DNA of 62,062 bases, filler included. It is 6 parts of 6 records of this genome, joined end to end, with 100 filler letters (N's around TTAATTAATTAA, not from the genome) between each part and the next. Parts side by side here need not be neighbours in the genome. Positions count along the whole stretch, not along the records: positions 1 to 28,170 come from DRR723986_9245; positions 28,271 to 34,383 come from DRR723986_9258; 4 more parts are not named here. One strand, given 5' to 3'. Shown here in pieces: positions 18,302-28,827 of this stretch. Under the pieces are notes generated by a model, which saw only the letters and a list, made by a program, of their open reading frames with translations, ran no database searches and had not been told where the DNA came from. The position numbers and the translations under genes are program-made. Each line of letters opens with the position of its first letter. The first letter of the stretch is position 1.

Positions 18302-19933
18302 TTGAACCAAATTTGGCTATTTTCTGCCGTGTCCGATCCAGCAGACATACAGCCCCAATCTCAAAGTGCAGAATCGGCAGCTGCCGAGGCTTCGCCGGAT
18401 TTTGACGTCCAGGCCGCAGCCGATGACTTCTTTGCGCGCATGGAAGACTTCGGCTACTTCGACATGCTCGAAGACCATCTGCCGCGTGAGTTTGCGCTGG
18501 TCTACGAGATTGCACGCGTTTTTGAGGACATCAACAATCCACTCACTGAAAAGCTCTCGCCCATCATTCATCAGGCAAGTGGGCCACCCAAAGATCCACC
18601 GCCGCCGCCAATTCCCATCCTGACCGTCAGCGAAGAGTACGAAGCCAGACCGATTCGTTCCGCTGCAGACCTGGCACGTGTCTACGCCCACGAACATCTG
18701 CTCCCCGATGAAGTCTTCGACCGCAAGCTGGCGGAGCGCTCGCTGATGATGCCCGTCGCCGTGCCGCCCAATAATTTTCGATTCCAGAGTGAATCAAACG
18801 ACTATGCCCCCGACAGCCGTAAACAGCAAGTCTACCTTTTGCTCGACACATCGGCCTCAATGATCGAGAACAACCGCATTCAGCTGGCCAAGGCCCTCTG
18901 TTATGCCTTCCTGCGCGAAAATTTGCGCGAACTGGGCGTAGTTTACTTCCGCACCTTTGACGTTGAAATCGGCGAGCTTTATACTGCACGCGACCGTCAC
19001 AGCTATTCCGAACTGGTCCACGCATTGATTGGCCTGGACTCGCTCGGCAACGGTACGGCCATGGAAAAGGCGCTGCGTACTGCCGTCGCCGACATCCGCA
19101 TGCACGATGACATGCGCGACACTGAAATTCTGCTGATCACCGACGGTGCGGTGCATCTGGATAAAAATGCACTCGAAGAGTTATTCGGAGATTCAATTAC
19201 ACTCAACACCGTTAAAATCGGCAATGAACAAATTGATGTCACCGACGCGTATATCCGCGATCGTGTTCTGGTGGGCGACTCCGAACAAGCGCGTCTGCTC
19301 AAAAAACTCTACAAACGCCAGGATGAAGCCGAACAGCAGCGCCGTGCCGGCGCCAACAGCGAACAAAAACGGACGGCTCTGACAAAAGAACTCGAAGCCG
19401 TCCAGCGCCAAATTTCGAGCGTCGTCGATTCATTCCGGCAGACGATTTCAACCAGCCACGGCCATGAAGTCGAAGAACTCTCCAGCGTGTATGTTAATGT
19501 GCCGGACCTTGAACTGGCCAACCTCTTCAGCCCACGCGACGTACGTGTACGCGAATTGACGGAGATGAGCAAAGCCATGCTTGAGGCCCTGGGCAACAAT
19601 GCATCACCACAGGCCATAAAACAGGCCGCACTGCACATGCAGCAGCTGGAATTGTTCCAGGAGTCCTTCCCGGAAGATTCTGAGGCTCTCGGCGAAGCGG
19701 CCCAGGAACTGCGCGAAGAGCTGCAGTCAATGATGGATGATGCCGGCAGCTCCATGGAAATTCCGGACATAGAGCTAAGTGAGCAAGATGAACGCGAACT
19801 GGTCGGCATGTTACGCAAGACACTCGGCCCCAGCTCACAATCCATGGCTGCACTCCTTAAGTTCCTGTGGAAACGCCTTGTCAAACGCATTCGCCGCAAA
19901 CTGCGCAACCGCAAATTCCGGCCGCCAAACTGA
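18302..19933 (+). CDS. von Willebrand factor A domain protein (ViaA/YehP-like)
   Basis: MIDAS LLLDTSASM, GNGT, LLITDG; helical or coiled-coil C-terminal half; start uncertain. Confidence 0.75.
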   Translation: MNQIWLFSAVSDPADIQPQSQSAESAAAEASPDFDVQAAADDFFARMEDFGYFDMLEDHLPREFALVYEIARVFEDINNPLTEKLSPIIHQASGPPKDPPPPPIPILTVSEEYEARPIRSAADLARVYAHEHLLPDEVFDRKLAERSLMMPVAVPPNNFRFQSESNDYAPDSRKQQVYLLLDTSASMIENNRIQLAKALCYAFLRENLRELGVVYFRTFDVEIGELYTARDRHSYSELVHALIGLDSLGNGTAMEKALRTAVADIRMHDDMRDTEILLITDGAVHLDKNALEELFGDSITLNTVKIGNEQIDVTDAYIRDRVLVGDSEQARLLKKLYKRQDEAEQQRRAGANSEQKRTALTKELEAVQRQISSVVDSFRQTISTSHGHEVEELSSVYVNVPDLELANLFSPRDVRVRELTEMSKAMLEALGNNASPQAIKQAALHMQQLELFQESFPEDSEALGEAAQELREELQSMMDDAGSSMEIPDIELSEQDERELVGMLRKTLGPSSQSMAALLKFLWKRLVKRIRRKLRNRKFRPPN

Positions 19934-20044
19934 TATCCTGGCTCGCAAGACAGAAAGCATGGATTGCGGCATAATCTGACCCGCACCTCATTCGTTTACC
20001 GCTGGGCTCAATCATTTCTTGCTTTGCAGGCTTTTGGAGAAGAC

Positions 20045-21439
20045 ATGGCTTTCATTCGCTCAATTTCAGGCGTTCGCGCTACTCTCGGCGATGCCCTTAC
20101 ACCCGCAGTCGTTGCTGATTACGTCAGCGCTTTTTGCACGTTTTTGCCGCCGGGCGCCATAGTCATTGGGCACGACGGCAGGCCCTCAGGTGCCTGGATA
20201 GAAGCAATTGCGCTTGCCACTGTGCAGGCCTGCGGCCGCGAAGCCCGCATCCTGGGCATGGTCCCCACACCTACCGTACAACTGCATGCAGAACCCGAGG
20301 GCGTGGCCGGAGCGATTTCAATTTCGGCCTCACACAACCCCGCCGAGTACAACGGCCTAAAATTTCTGGATGCTGACGGCTTGTTTCTGCGTGCTCCGCA
20401 ATTGCAGGATATTTGGGCAATCGTTGACTCCAGACAGTTTTCGTATGCTGCCGCCGGGCAGGAAGGCACAACCCAGCTAATTGAAGATCCGCTGGCTCTG
20501 CATTTGAATAAAATTCTTGAGCACGCACTGTTTACCTCCGATGCAGGCCTGCGGCTGGAACGGATTCGCGCACGCCGCTTCAAAGTTGTTGTGGATGCAG
20601 TAAATGCCGCCGGATCCAAAGCGATTCCACGCCTGCTCGAAGCGCTTGGCTGTGATGTCATCCCGCTGTACTGTGATTCCAGCGGTGTATTTCCACATAC
20701 TCCCGAACCACTCCCGCAGAACCTGGGTGACCTGGCCGCTGCAGTATCCCAGCACAAAGCCGATATCGGCATTGCCGTTGATCCGGATGCTGATCGCTTG
20801 GTAATCATTGACAACCATGGAAACGCCATCGGTGAAGAAAACACGATTGTCCTGGCTGCACGTGCCGTTATGTCGGCCGCACAACACTTCAGTCAGGATG
20901 GATATGATGCAAATGCGACGGTGATCAACTACTCAACAACACGTGCAGTCGAAGACGTCGCCGCTGAGTTCCAGGGGCGCGCATACCGCTCTGCTGTGGG
21001 CGAAATCAACGTGGTAGACCTGATGCTCGAACACAAAGCCGCCGTTGGCGGTGAAGGCAGTGGTGGCGTAATCGTCCCGCAAATCCACCCCGGCCGTGAT
21101 TCGCTGGTGGGCTGTGCTATCGTGCTCGACTATATGGCCGCGGAAAATAAACCGCTCAACGAAATTGTCGCCAACTTGCCCAGCTATTCCATGCACAAAC
21201 ACAAAGTGCCCTTCAGTGGTGATGCCACACAACTGTTTGACCGATTGGCCGAAGAATACGGCACAGCCAAAATTCACCGGGCCGATGGCATTCGCCTGGA
21301 ATTTGAGAATACCTGGATCCACGTGCGTGCATCCAATACCGAGCCAATTTTGCGCATAATTGCCGAAGCACCGGATCAGGCGCAGGCACTCAAACTGGTT
21401 GAAGAAGCCGAAAAAGTTGTCCGCAGCGCAGGCCTGTGA
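20045..21439 (+). CDS. glmM: Phosphoglucosamine mutase / phosphomannomutase family
   Basis: SISGVR, SASHNP, DPDADR, GGEGSGG, VRASNTEP. Confidence 0.8.
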   Translation: MAFIRSISGVRATLGDALTPAVVADYVSAFCTFLPPGAIVIGHDGRPSGAWIEAIALATVQACGREARILGMVPTPTVQLHAEPEGVAGAISISASHNPAEYNGLKFLDADGLFLRAPQLQDIWAIVDSRQFSYAAAGQEGTTQLIEDPLALHLNKILEHALFTSDAGLRLERIRARRFKVVVDAVNAAGSKAIPRLLEALGCDVIPLYCDSSGVFPHTPEPLPQNLGDLAAAVSQHKADIGIAVDPDADRLVIIDNHGNAIGEENTIVLAARAVMSAAQHFSQDGYDANATVINYSTTRAVEDVAAEFQGRAYRSAVGEINVVDLMLEHKAAVGGEGSGGVIVPQIHPGRDSLVGCAIVLDYMAAENKPLNEIVANLPSYSMHKHKVPFSGDATQLFDRLAEEYGTAKIHRADGIRLEFENTWIHVRASNTEPILRIIAEAPDQAQALKLVEEAEKVVRSAGL

Positions 21440-21529
21440 TTGTAGTTTACCCCAGAAAACGGGACGTTCAAGTCTGATTGCGGGTACTTAAGGCAAATCG
21501 AGTTGAAAAGCCGGCGGAGAATCCCTAAG

Positions 21530-22699
21530 ATGGAGAAGTTCTTAAGTGGGGTGAACCGAGGGATTGATGTGGCAGGTGCAGCCGGCAAACAACATAATCA
21601 GGGCGCGTGGACGACAGAAGACGTTCTGGGCCTGTCTACCGTAACGCGCCTCAGTTCGGTCGCCATCCGTCGCCTGATAACGCGCTACCATAGTCTGCAG
21701 CACGCTCTGGACGAAGCCCCGCACGAACTTGAAAAATTGGGCCTTGCCAACCGGAATATTTTCGGTGAGCCTGCTGCAAAGCGCATCTCCGCAGCGGCAG
21801 CACACGAGTTGGAACGGTGTGCCGCCGCCCACGCACGTGTCATAAGTATTATCGATGACGAATATCCTTTTACCTTGAAGGCAATTCAGCATCCGCCTGC
21901 TATCCTGTATGTTCGCGGCACGCTGTCACCCGAAAGTGATGGAATTGCAATTGTCGGTACGCGCCGTTGCAGTCCATATGGAGCATCGATTACGCGCACG
22001 TTTGCTGAAGAATTTACCGCGGCAGGCTGCAGTATCGTCAGTGGCCTGGCGCGCGGAATTGACACACATGCACACCGCGCAACAGTTCAATGCGGCGGCA
22101 TTACATACGCGGTAATTGCTTCCGGCGTCGATCGCGTTAGTCCAACAGAAAATGCAGCACTGGCCAATGAAATCATCGAAGCCGGTGGTGCTGTCATCAG
22201 CGAGTACCCCTGCGGCACACGCGCCGTGAGCGCGTACTTTCCGCGGCGCAATCGCATCATCTGCGGCCTGGCCGCGGTAGTCATTGTGACGGAGAGTGCT
22301 CTTGCAGGCGGCGCAATGATTTCAGCAGAAATGGCGCGCACACAGGGGCGCCCGGTGTATGCTGTTCCAGGTCCAATAAATGCAGCTACCAGTGCAGGCA
22401 CAAACAAGCTGATCCAGAATGGCCATGCTCGCATGGCCTGCAGCCCCAAGGAAATCCTGAAAACACTTGGACGCTCACAAAAAATGGCTCAAAGGGAAAC
22501 AATGCCGCGCCTGGAAAAACACGAAGCTGCAATTCACGCGCTGGTGCTACGTGGTGCCTGCCATATTGATGACATTCAGCACGAATCCAATCAAAACCTG
22601 GCCGAGGTAATGGCAACCTTGGTTCGGCTGGAAAGCCGCGGACTCGTGCAATCATTGCCAGGCAACCGTTATGCCAAACAACTCCAGGACAGAGTCTGA
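21530..22699 (+). CDS. dprA: DNA-processing protein DprA
   Basis: IAIVGTR, VSGLARGID..AH, FPRRNRII, AVPG, GTNKLI; C-terminal winged helix; start uncertain. Confidence 0.9.
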   Translation: MEKFLSGVNRGIDVAGAAGKQHNQGAWTTEDVLGLSTVTRLSSVAIRRLITRYHSLQHALDEAPHELEKLGLANRNIFGEPAAKRISAAAAHELERCAAAHARVISIIDDEYPFTLKAIQHPPAILYVRGTLSPESDGIAIVGTRRCSPYGASITRTFAEEFTAAGCSIVSGLARGIDTHAHRATVQCGGITYAVIASGVDRVSPTENAALANEIIEAGGAVISEYPCGTRAVSAYFPRRNRIICGLAAVVIVTESALAGGAMISAEMARTQGRPVYAVPGPINAATSAGTNKLIQNGHARMACSPKEILKTLGRSQKMAQRETMPRLEKHEAAIHALVLRGACHIDDIQHESNQNLAEVMATLVRLESRGLVQSLPGNRYAKQLQDRV

Positions 22700-22727
22700 C
22701 AGCAGTGCCAATCGAGCTGAACATTCG

Positions 22728-23804
22728 ATGGACAGTCAGCAAACAGCAGCACAACATCAGCCAACAACAGTATCGCGTAAGCGCGATCATGTGGAACTGG
22801 TTGTACATCAAAACGTCGCCTTTCGCGCTAAGTCAGCCGGCTTTGAGCGGCTGGAGTTTGCGCACAACGCCGTCCCGGAATTAAATTTTGCTGAAATCGA
22901 TATTCGCAGCGTTTTTCTGGAGCATCAACTCTCCGCTCCATTGATGATTTCCAGCATGACCGGCGGCTACGGTGAGGCTGAAGAGATTAACGCAGCCCTG
23001 GCGCGAGTCTGTGAGGCCGAACAGCTGGCAATGGGAGTTGGTTCACAGCGCCAGGCGCTCGAGAGTGATCAGTTCGTCGCCTCGTTCCGCACGGCGCGTA
23101 AAAATGCTCCATCGATTGCCATTTCGGCTAATCTGGGTGCCGCCGAGCTTGCACATGGCCTGCAAGCAGATCAGGCCCGCAAACTGATCGACATGGTTGA
23201 AGCCACCGCATTCACGGTGCATATCAACCCGCTCCAGGAACTACTGCAGCCCGAAGGCAGCGTTGCTTTCAAAGGTGTGCTCAAAGGCATTGAGCAACTG
23301 GCAGCAAACATTGAAATTCCAATAATTGCCAAAGAAGTTGGCGCGGGTATTTCTGCCGATGCAGCCCGGCGCCTCCTTGATGCCGGTGTGAGTATCATCG
23401 ACGTAGCCGGTGCTGGTGGCACAAGTTGGGCCGGCGTCGAGATCCTTCGGCGACAAAATCCCGAACTCGTGGACATGTTCTGGGATTGGGGCATGCCTAC
23501 CGTCGATTGTTTGCTTGAAATCGATCAACTGCGCCAGGAGCGCGCATTTGGTCTGGTCGGCTCCGGCGGTCTGAATTCCGGATTGGATCTGGCTAAAACC
23601 ATCCGGCTTGGCGCCGACATCGGTGCAGCGGCGCGCCCCTTTATCCGCGCGCTGAAAAACGAGGGTGAAGGTGGCCTGCAAGCCGTCATCAAAGCCTGGA
23701 AACATCAACTGCGCTGCACAATGTTCTTAACCGGAAGTGCAACGCTGGAAGAATTAAGCCGGGCTACATGTAGCCTGGCACCTGCGAAGCCGCAGGTCAG
23801 CTAA
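22728..23804 (+). CDS. fni: Type 2 isopentenyl-diphosphate delta-isomerase
   Basis: RKRDHV, SSMTGG, MGVGSQR, HINPLQE..QPEG, KEVGAG, AGAGGTSW. Confidence 0.95.
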   Translation: MDSQQTAAQHQPTTVSRKRDHVELVVHQNVAFRAKSAGFERLEFAHNAVPELNFAEIDIRSVFLEHQLSAPLMISSMTGGYGEAEEINAALARVCEAEQLAMGVGSQRQALESDQFVASFRTARKNAPSIAISANLGAAELAHGLQADQARKLIDMVEATAFTVHINPLQELLQPEGSVAFKGVLKGIEQLAANIEIPIIAKEVGAGISADAARRLLDAGVSIIDVAGAGGTSWAGVEILRRQNPELVDMFWDWGMPTVDCLLEIDQLRQERAFGLVGSGGLNSGLDLAKTIRLGADIGAAARPFIRALKNEGEGGLQAVIKAWKHQLRCTMFLTGSATLEELSRATCSLAPAKPQVS

Positions 23805-23852
23805 CACGCTGAAGTCTCTCAACTCTTCAATTTCTATTGATTGGATGCAAGT

Positions 23853-24836
23853 ATGAGTTTTGATTCGCGCTATAGCGAATATGTTCAGACGGTCGAACAG
23901 ACGCTAAACCAGTTTCTGGAGCAAACGCACCCCCGTAGTCTGTACGACCCAATCCGCTACGCCCTCACCAGCGGCGGCAAACGCATTCGCCCAGTTTTGG
24001 TCATGTTGTGCTGCGGGGCCGCCGGTGGTGTACCCGAAAATGCACGCTGGGCCGCAATTGCCGTTGAAATGCTGCACAACTTCACATTGGTTCACGATGA
24101 CATCATGGATCAGGCCGCAACACGTCGCGGCCGCGAAACCGTGCACATCAAGTGGGATCCTAATGTTGCGATTCTGACTGGTGATGGGATTATCCCCCTC
24201 GCCAACATGGCGGTCTTCAAAGGCGCACAACTCAAACGACTGCAAGAAATGATCGAGGCCATGAGCATCGGAATCATTGAAGTCTGTGAAGGCCAGGCCT
24301 ACGACCTTGAATACGAAAAAAGCAAAAACGTCTCGATTGAAGACTACCTGCTCATGATCGAGAAAAAAACCGCCAAAATGCTCGTAATGGGAGCGCGCAT
24401 GGGAGCCCTGGTAGCAGATGCAGACCAAAAAACCATCGAGCTGCTGACTGACTTTGCTTCAAAAATTGGAATCGCTTTTCAGATTCAGGACGACATCCTC
24501 GATATTGCCGCCGACAGCGCAACTTCCGGCAAGCGCCGCGGTGGCGACATCGTTGAAGGCAAAAAAACCTTCCTGATTATCAAAGCCCTTGAAAACGCAA
24601 AACTCGAAGCCGACAAGACATTGCTGCGGCGATTCATCGACGAACATGGCCTGCCTGCCGCAGAAATTGACGCAATGTATGATATCTTTGTGCGCACCGG
24701 CAGCCTGGATGCCGCTGAACAGGCAGTAGCGCGCTTGACAGCTGAAGCGCGTGCCGACCTGGAACATCTTCCGCCGTCTGAATACGTCGAACTCTTACGT
24801 GGCTACGCGGCCATGCTGCTCCAACGCGAATTTTAA
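23853..24836 (+). CDS. Polyprenyl (geranylgeranyl-type) diphosphate synthase
   Basis: GGKRIRP, LVHDDIMD..RRG, EGQAYD, KKTA, FQIQDDILD, GDIVEGKKT. Confidence 0.9.
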   Translation: MSFDSRYSEYVQTVEQTLNQFLEQTHPRSLYDPIRYALTSGGKRIRPVLVMLCCGAAGGVPENARWAAIAVEMLHNFTLVHDDIMDQAATRRGRETVHIKWDPNVAILTGDGIIPLANMAVFKGAQLKRLQEMIEAMSIGIIEVCEGQAYDLEYEKSKNVSIEDYLLMIEKKTAKMLVMGARMGALVADADQKTIELLTDFASKIGIAFQIQDDILDIAADSATSGKRRGGDIVEGKKTFLIIKALENAKLEADKTLLRRFIDEHGLPAAEIDAMYDIFVRTGSLDAAEQAVARLTAEARADLEHLPPSEYVELLRGYAAMLLQREF

Positions 24837-24858
24837 GCGACCCGGGAAAACCTTCTGC

Positions 24859-25128
24859 ATGTGTGAAAGAAATCTGACCGTAAAAAATAGAGCCGGCCTG
24901 CACACGCGGCCGGCGGCACATCTTGTTAAACTGGCATCCAAGTACCGCTCTGAGATTTTTTTAATCAAAGACGGCATCTCAATCAACGCCAAAAGCATCA
25001 TCGGTGTCATGACGCTGGCGGCCGAACAGGGCTCGCAGCTTCTGCTGCAAACAGAAGGACCGGACGAAGTCCCTGCCGCTGAATCAATCGAAGAATTTTT
25101 TGAGGCTCGCTTCGGTGAAGAAAGTTAA
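24859..25128 (+). CDS. ptsH: PTS phosphocarrier HPr
   Basis: GLHTRPAA (His15), NAKSIIGVMTL (Ser46). Confidence 0.92.
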   Translation: MCERNLTVKNRAGLHTRPAAHLVKLASKYRSEIFLIKDGISINAKSIIGVMTLAAEQGSQLLLQTEGPDEVPAAESIEEFFEARFGEES

Positions 25129-25204
25129 GCCCCCATCATTGAATTTCGTGCCGCTTTGCTTTATATTCCCACAATGACTTTATCCATAATCAAAGAGCAA
25201 AGCC

Positions 25205-27004
25205 TTGCCGGAAGAGCCTCCGCTACTCGCACCCGATTCTGAGCAATCATCCTCTACTCCGCCTGCTTATTCGACCAACGCGACTAATCGTCGGCGCGAA
25301 CGCCAACTAACCGGCATTCCGTCGTCGCCCGGCATCGTTATGGGTACCGCTGTCATAATTGAACGCGAACGTACCCAACGCAAATCCCGCCGCCTGGATG
25401 CCGACGAGATTCCCACAGAAATAGAACGCTTTGAGAAAGCCTTGAGTAAGTGCTCCAAAGAGTTGATGGAAATTATCGACTCGGCACCCAAAGACTCTCC
25501 GGCGATCGGTCAGATTCTCGAAGCCCAGGCGATGATCCTCAATGACCGCTCCGCGATCAGCTCCATTCGCCGCAATATTGAAGAAGGCTTGCCGGCCGAA
25601 AATGCCGTCAGCAAAGTCTATGATGCCCAGGAAAATACGCTGCGCATGGCACGTGACGAGATTCTGCGCGAACGCGCCGTTGACCTCGAAAATGTTAAAC
25701 AGCGCCTGCTGGCCTACCTGCGTAACAAACGCCTCAAACACGACCTGCCCGAAAACAGTATTCTGATTGCGCCTTCGCTCACCCCCAGCCAGGTAATGCT
25801 CTTCCACGATGAAAGCATGCTCGGTTTTGTGACCGAAATGAGCGGAATTGCGTCGCACACGTCTATCATGGCGCGCTCAATCCACGTCCCCTCAGTCATC
25901 GGTATTAAACATCTGTTCAAAAATGTGCATGCCGGCGATAAAATAATCGTGGATGGTTTTGCTGGAATTCTGGTCGTCAACCCGCGCCCCGAAACCCTGC
26001 TTAAATACCAGCGCCGCATCGGGGACCTGGAAACCAAACGCAAAAAACTCCTCAAATTTGCCAAGCTGCCAACTGAAACGGCCGACGGCACCAAGATAAA
26101 ACTCTATGCCAACGCCGATTCAGTAGCAGACATCGACGCCTCACTGGCTTATGGTGCACAAGGCATCGGCCTGGTACGAACAGAAACATTGGTGTTACGC
26201 GGAGGCAAAGGCATTCCCTCCGAAGCTGAACAACGGCGCTGGTACACACAGCTGGCAGAACGCGCCTACCCACTGCCCGTCACAATCCGAGCATTTGACT
26301 TGGGTGGTGACAAATGGATCGACGGCCTCGACGTAGAAAGTAATCCAGCTCTGGGTGTTCGCGGACTGCGCTTCCTGCTGCAGCAACGCAAAGTCTTCAG
26401 GGATCAAATCAAGGCTGTCCTGCGATCTTCCACGCATCGCAACATTCGTTTTATGCTGCCGATGGTCACGGGGCTCGAAGACTTCCAGCGCGCACTGAGT
26501 ATAATCGAAAAGTGTAAAGCCTCACTCCGCAAAGCACAGATATCATTCGACGAAAAAATGCCTATCGGCGCGATGATCGAAACGCCGTCAGCCGCCCTCC
26601 TCGCCGATCAACTGGCAGAAAAGGCCGACTTTCTGAGTATAGGAACAAATGATTTAACTCAGTACACGCTGGCTGCAGACCGGATTAATGTGAACGTTGC
26701 CAGCTTTTTTGACTCGTTTAACCCGGCCGTTCTGCGCCTGATTAAAATGGTGGTCGAAGCCGGACGCACCAGCGAAATTGCCGTCGGAATCTGCGGTGAG
26801 TTTGCCGCGCATGCAGCCTCAACGGGTGTCCTGATTGGCCTCGGAATCACTGATATGAGCGTCGCACCCGAAACCTTGCTTGAGACCAAACGCCGCATCC
26901 GCAAAACCTCGGCGCTGCAGGCACGCAATGTATCCGCTGAGTTGCTGCAGTTGAGAGACGGCGCCGAAATCCGTAAACGCATTCGCGCCATCCGCAAAAA
27001 GTAA
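25205..27004 (+). CDS. ptsI: PEP-protein phosphotransferase (PTS enzyme I)
   Basis: SHTSIMARS, GIGLVRTE, NPALGVRGLR, MIETP, SIGTNDLTQY, GICGE; TTG start. Confidence 0.9.
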   Translation: MPEEPPLLAPDSEQSSSTPPAYSTNATNRRRERQLTGIPSSPGIVMGTAVIIERERTQRKSRRLDADEIPTEIERFEKALSKCSKELMEIIDSAPKDSPAIGQILEAQAMILNDRSAISSIRRNIEEGLPAENAVSKVYDAQENTLRMARDEILRERAVDLENVKQRLLAYLRNKRLKHDLPENSILIAPSLTPSQVMLFHDESMLGFVTEMSGIASHTSIMARSIHVPSVIGIKHLFKNVHAGDKIIVDGFAGILVVNPRPETLLKYQRRIGDLETKRKKLLKFAKLPTETADGTKIKLYANADSVADIDASLAYGAQGIGLVRTETLVLRGGKGIPSEAEQRRWYTQLAERAYPLPVTIRAFDLGGDKWIDGLDVESNPALGVRGLRFLLQQRKVFRDQIKAVLRSSTHRNIRFMLPMVTGLEDFQRALSIIEKCKASLRKAQISFDEKMPIGAMIETPSAALLADQLAEKADFLSIGTNDLTQYTLAADRINVNVASFFDSFNPAVLRLIKMVVEAGRTSEIAVGICGEFAAHAASTGVLIGLGITDMSVAPETLLETKRRIRKTSALQARNVSAELLQLRDGAEIRKRIRAIRKK

Positions 27005-27019
27005 TTTCGGCCAAAAACC

Positions 27020-27047
27020 AAAAAACCGGGCCCAAACACCCGGTTTT
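27020..27047. terminator. Bidirectional terminator between ptsI and the DUF547 gene
   Basis: AAAACCGGG-N8-CCCGGTTTT. Confidence 0.65.
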
Positions 27048-27091
27048 AAGATTCCACGTCAATTCTTCAGATCACCCAAGACCCGGAATCT

Positions 27092-27877
27092 TCAGGGTTT
27101 GGATGCCCGGCGGTTCATCGTCCAGTCATACTCCAAAAATCCCAAACTAATGGAACCGGCGGACTTGCGTATCCAGCTTGCAGTCGCCTCGTCAACGTAT
27201 TGAGACACGTACGCCAGCACTTCCTGATCGTTAGTCCCAAAATCAACTTTGTACCACTCGAAGATTTTGGAAAGCTCAACTTTCTTGGCGGCGCGGTCTA
27301 TCTTCATCCCCGCGCTGCTCTTCAGGTAACTGCGCACATTGTCTTCCAGCATTGCCAGCACCCGATCGGCCGTATAGGCTTTGGGCACCAAAAGCGGGCA
27401 GCCCTTCGCCGCACACACAACGCCAAAGTGAATCAGAGCCTCATTGAACTGCGGCCGGATAATCTGGTTTTCAATTTGATCCAGCGAGACTTTTTTCCCG
27501 GCAATTGCAAACTTGGCTTCCGTAAAAAAGTCGGCCTTGTCAATCGGTTGTTTGAGCGCGAAGTTATCCAGTACCTGGCGAATGGCAGCTGCGTTATAGG
27601 CATTGATCCAGAATGACAATTGCTCATTGCGGCTCCAGGACTTCAAGTCTGCAGTGCCCAGCTTTTTCAAATAACTGTCAAATGTTGGATTGTCAAAGCC
27701 CTGATAATACACCAGACCACCGCGAACATTCTTCTGCAGCAACTGATCAAAATCATCGTGATAATTGCCGCCACCAGCCATTAGCGGTAACGTGAACGCG
27801 CTTGCCAGGAATGCAAATACAAGGCAAACCCTGAAACCCTGTGACAGAGTATTGGTCTTCTCAGAAACTGACAGCAT
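27092..27877 (-). CDS. Exported DUF547 domain protein
   Basis: FWINAYNA, IHFGVVCAAKGCP, LSKIFEWYKVDF, YDWTMN. Confidence 0.85.
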   Translation of the reverse strand: MLSVSEKTNTLSQGFRVCLVFAFLASAFTLPLMAGGGNYHDDFDQLLQKNVRGGLVYYQGFDNPTFDSYLKKLGTADLKSWSRNEQLSFWINAYNAAAIRQVLDNFALKQPIDKADFFTEAKFAIAGKKVSLDQIENQIIRPQFNEALIHFGVVCAAKGCPLLVPKAYTADRVLAMLEDNVRSYLKSSAGMKIDRAAKKVELSKIFEWYKVDFGTNDQEVLAYVSQYVDEATASWIRKSAGSISLGFLEYDWTMNRRASKP

Positions 27878-28086
27878 ACTTCATCCTATTGAAATTGATC
27901 TTGCCGGCCGGACATAATTTTCATTAGAAGGTAATTCCGCCTCCTCTCTCGCCGCCCATATCGGGATGCCCAATCTACGAACAAGAACTGCCTGAAAGCG
28001 GTTCCGCAAGCAGATGAGATAACACGAACTAAATTGCATTCAAAGAATGATTCAGAAAAACCTTAGGGGATTCCGCTAAATACTCT

Positions 28087-28094
28087 TATCTTTG
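28087..28094 (+). promoter_or_regulatory. Bacteroidota-type housekeeping -7 promoter element upstream of the tRNA
   Basis: TATCTTTG matches TAnnTTTG, about 40 nt upstream of the tRNA. Confidence 0.6.
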
Positions 28095-28134
28095 CGATTC
28101 TCGTTAGCAAAATATTTGCTGGCGATTTACAAGC

Positions 28135-28170
28135 GGTGCCGTGGCCGAGTGGCTAGGCAGAGGTCTGCAA
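28135..28170 (+). tRNA. tRNA-Cys(GCA), 5' half, truncated by the contig end
   Basis: GGTGCCG-TG-GCCGAGTGGCTAGGC-A-GAGGT-CT-GCA-A: acceptor strand, D arm and anticodon GCA at 28167-28169. Confidence 0.85.
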
Positions 28171-28270
28171 NNNNNNNNNNNNNNNNNNNNNNNNNNNNNN
28201 NNNNNNNNNNNNNNTTAATTAATTAANNNNNNNNNNNNNNNNNNNNNNNNNNNNNNNNNNNNNNNNNNNN
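28171..28270. other. Artificial contig linker
   Basis: N-run + TTAATTAATTAA (stops in all six frames) + N-run. Confidence 0.99.
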
Positions 28271-28827
28271 TCGCCGCGGCGAAACTGAGCTTCTATCCAG
28301 TAGTCCGAATCGGGGTACCGCCGGACCAGAGTATCCAGAGTATCGAGTTGCTGGGGCGTCGCGCCCCGAAGCTCCCAGGCCCTTGCAAGCTGATAATAGA
28401 TCTTGTCATTGCCCTCGCGCTCCGGGTATTCGGACAGAAGACGCTGGTAGGCCTCGATAGCACCGGCGAGCTCATCGACAGCGGTATCGGCCATTTTCCG
28501 CTCCGCCCGTTGGAATTCCAGATCGGCCAGCCGGTGGCGGATGGTAACCTGCTTGCGGGGATCGTCCACCAGCGGCAAAAGCGCCTTGTAGCTTTCCATC
28601 ACTGTTTCGATGGAGACATCATCCGCGGGGCCGCTGCCAGCCTCGATACCCTGAACCTGACGGGTTTCAGTCGCCGGAAGCGCGGCCAGGGTACCCTCAC
28701 GGACCCTGGGCATTTCCTCGTCGCCGGCGGGCATCATCGACTGTAACATCTGACAGCCACTGGCCATGAGCAGCGCACCTGCTACGACAAGGCCTTTCAC
28801 CATCTTTCCAGGAGTCCCGTTACTCAT
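28271..28827 (-). CDS. TPR lipoprotein, N-terminal part only (truncated at contig end)
   Basis: Lipobox MASGC; TPR-like AIEAYQRLLSEYP, YYQLARAWE, LVRRYPDS..WIEAQFRRG. Confidence 0.8.
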
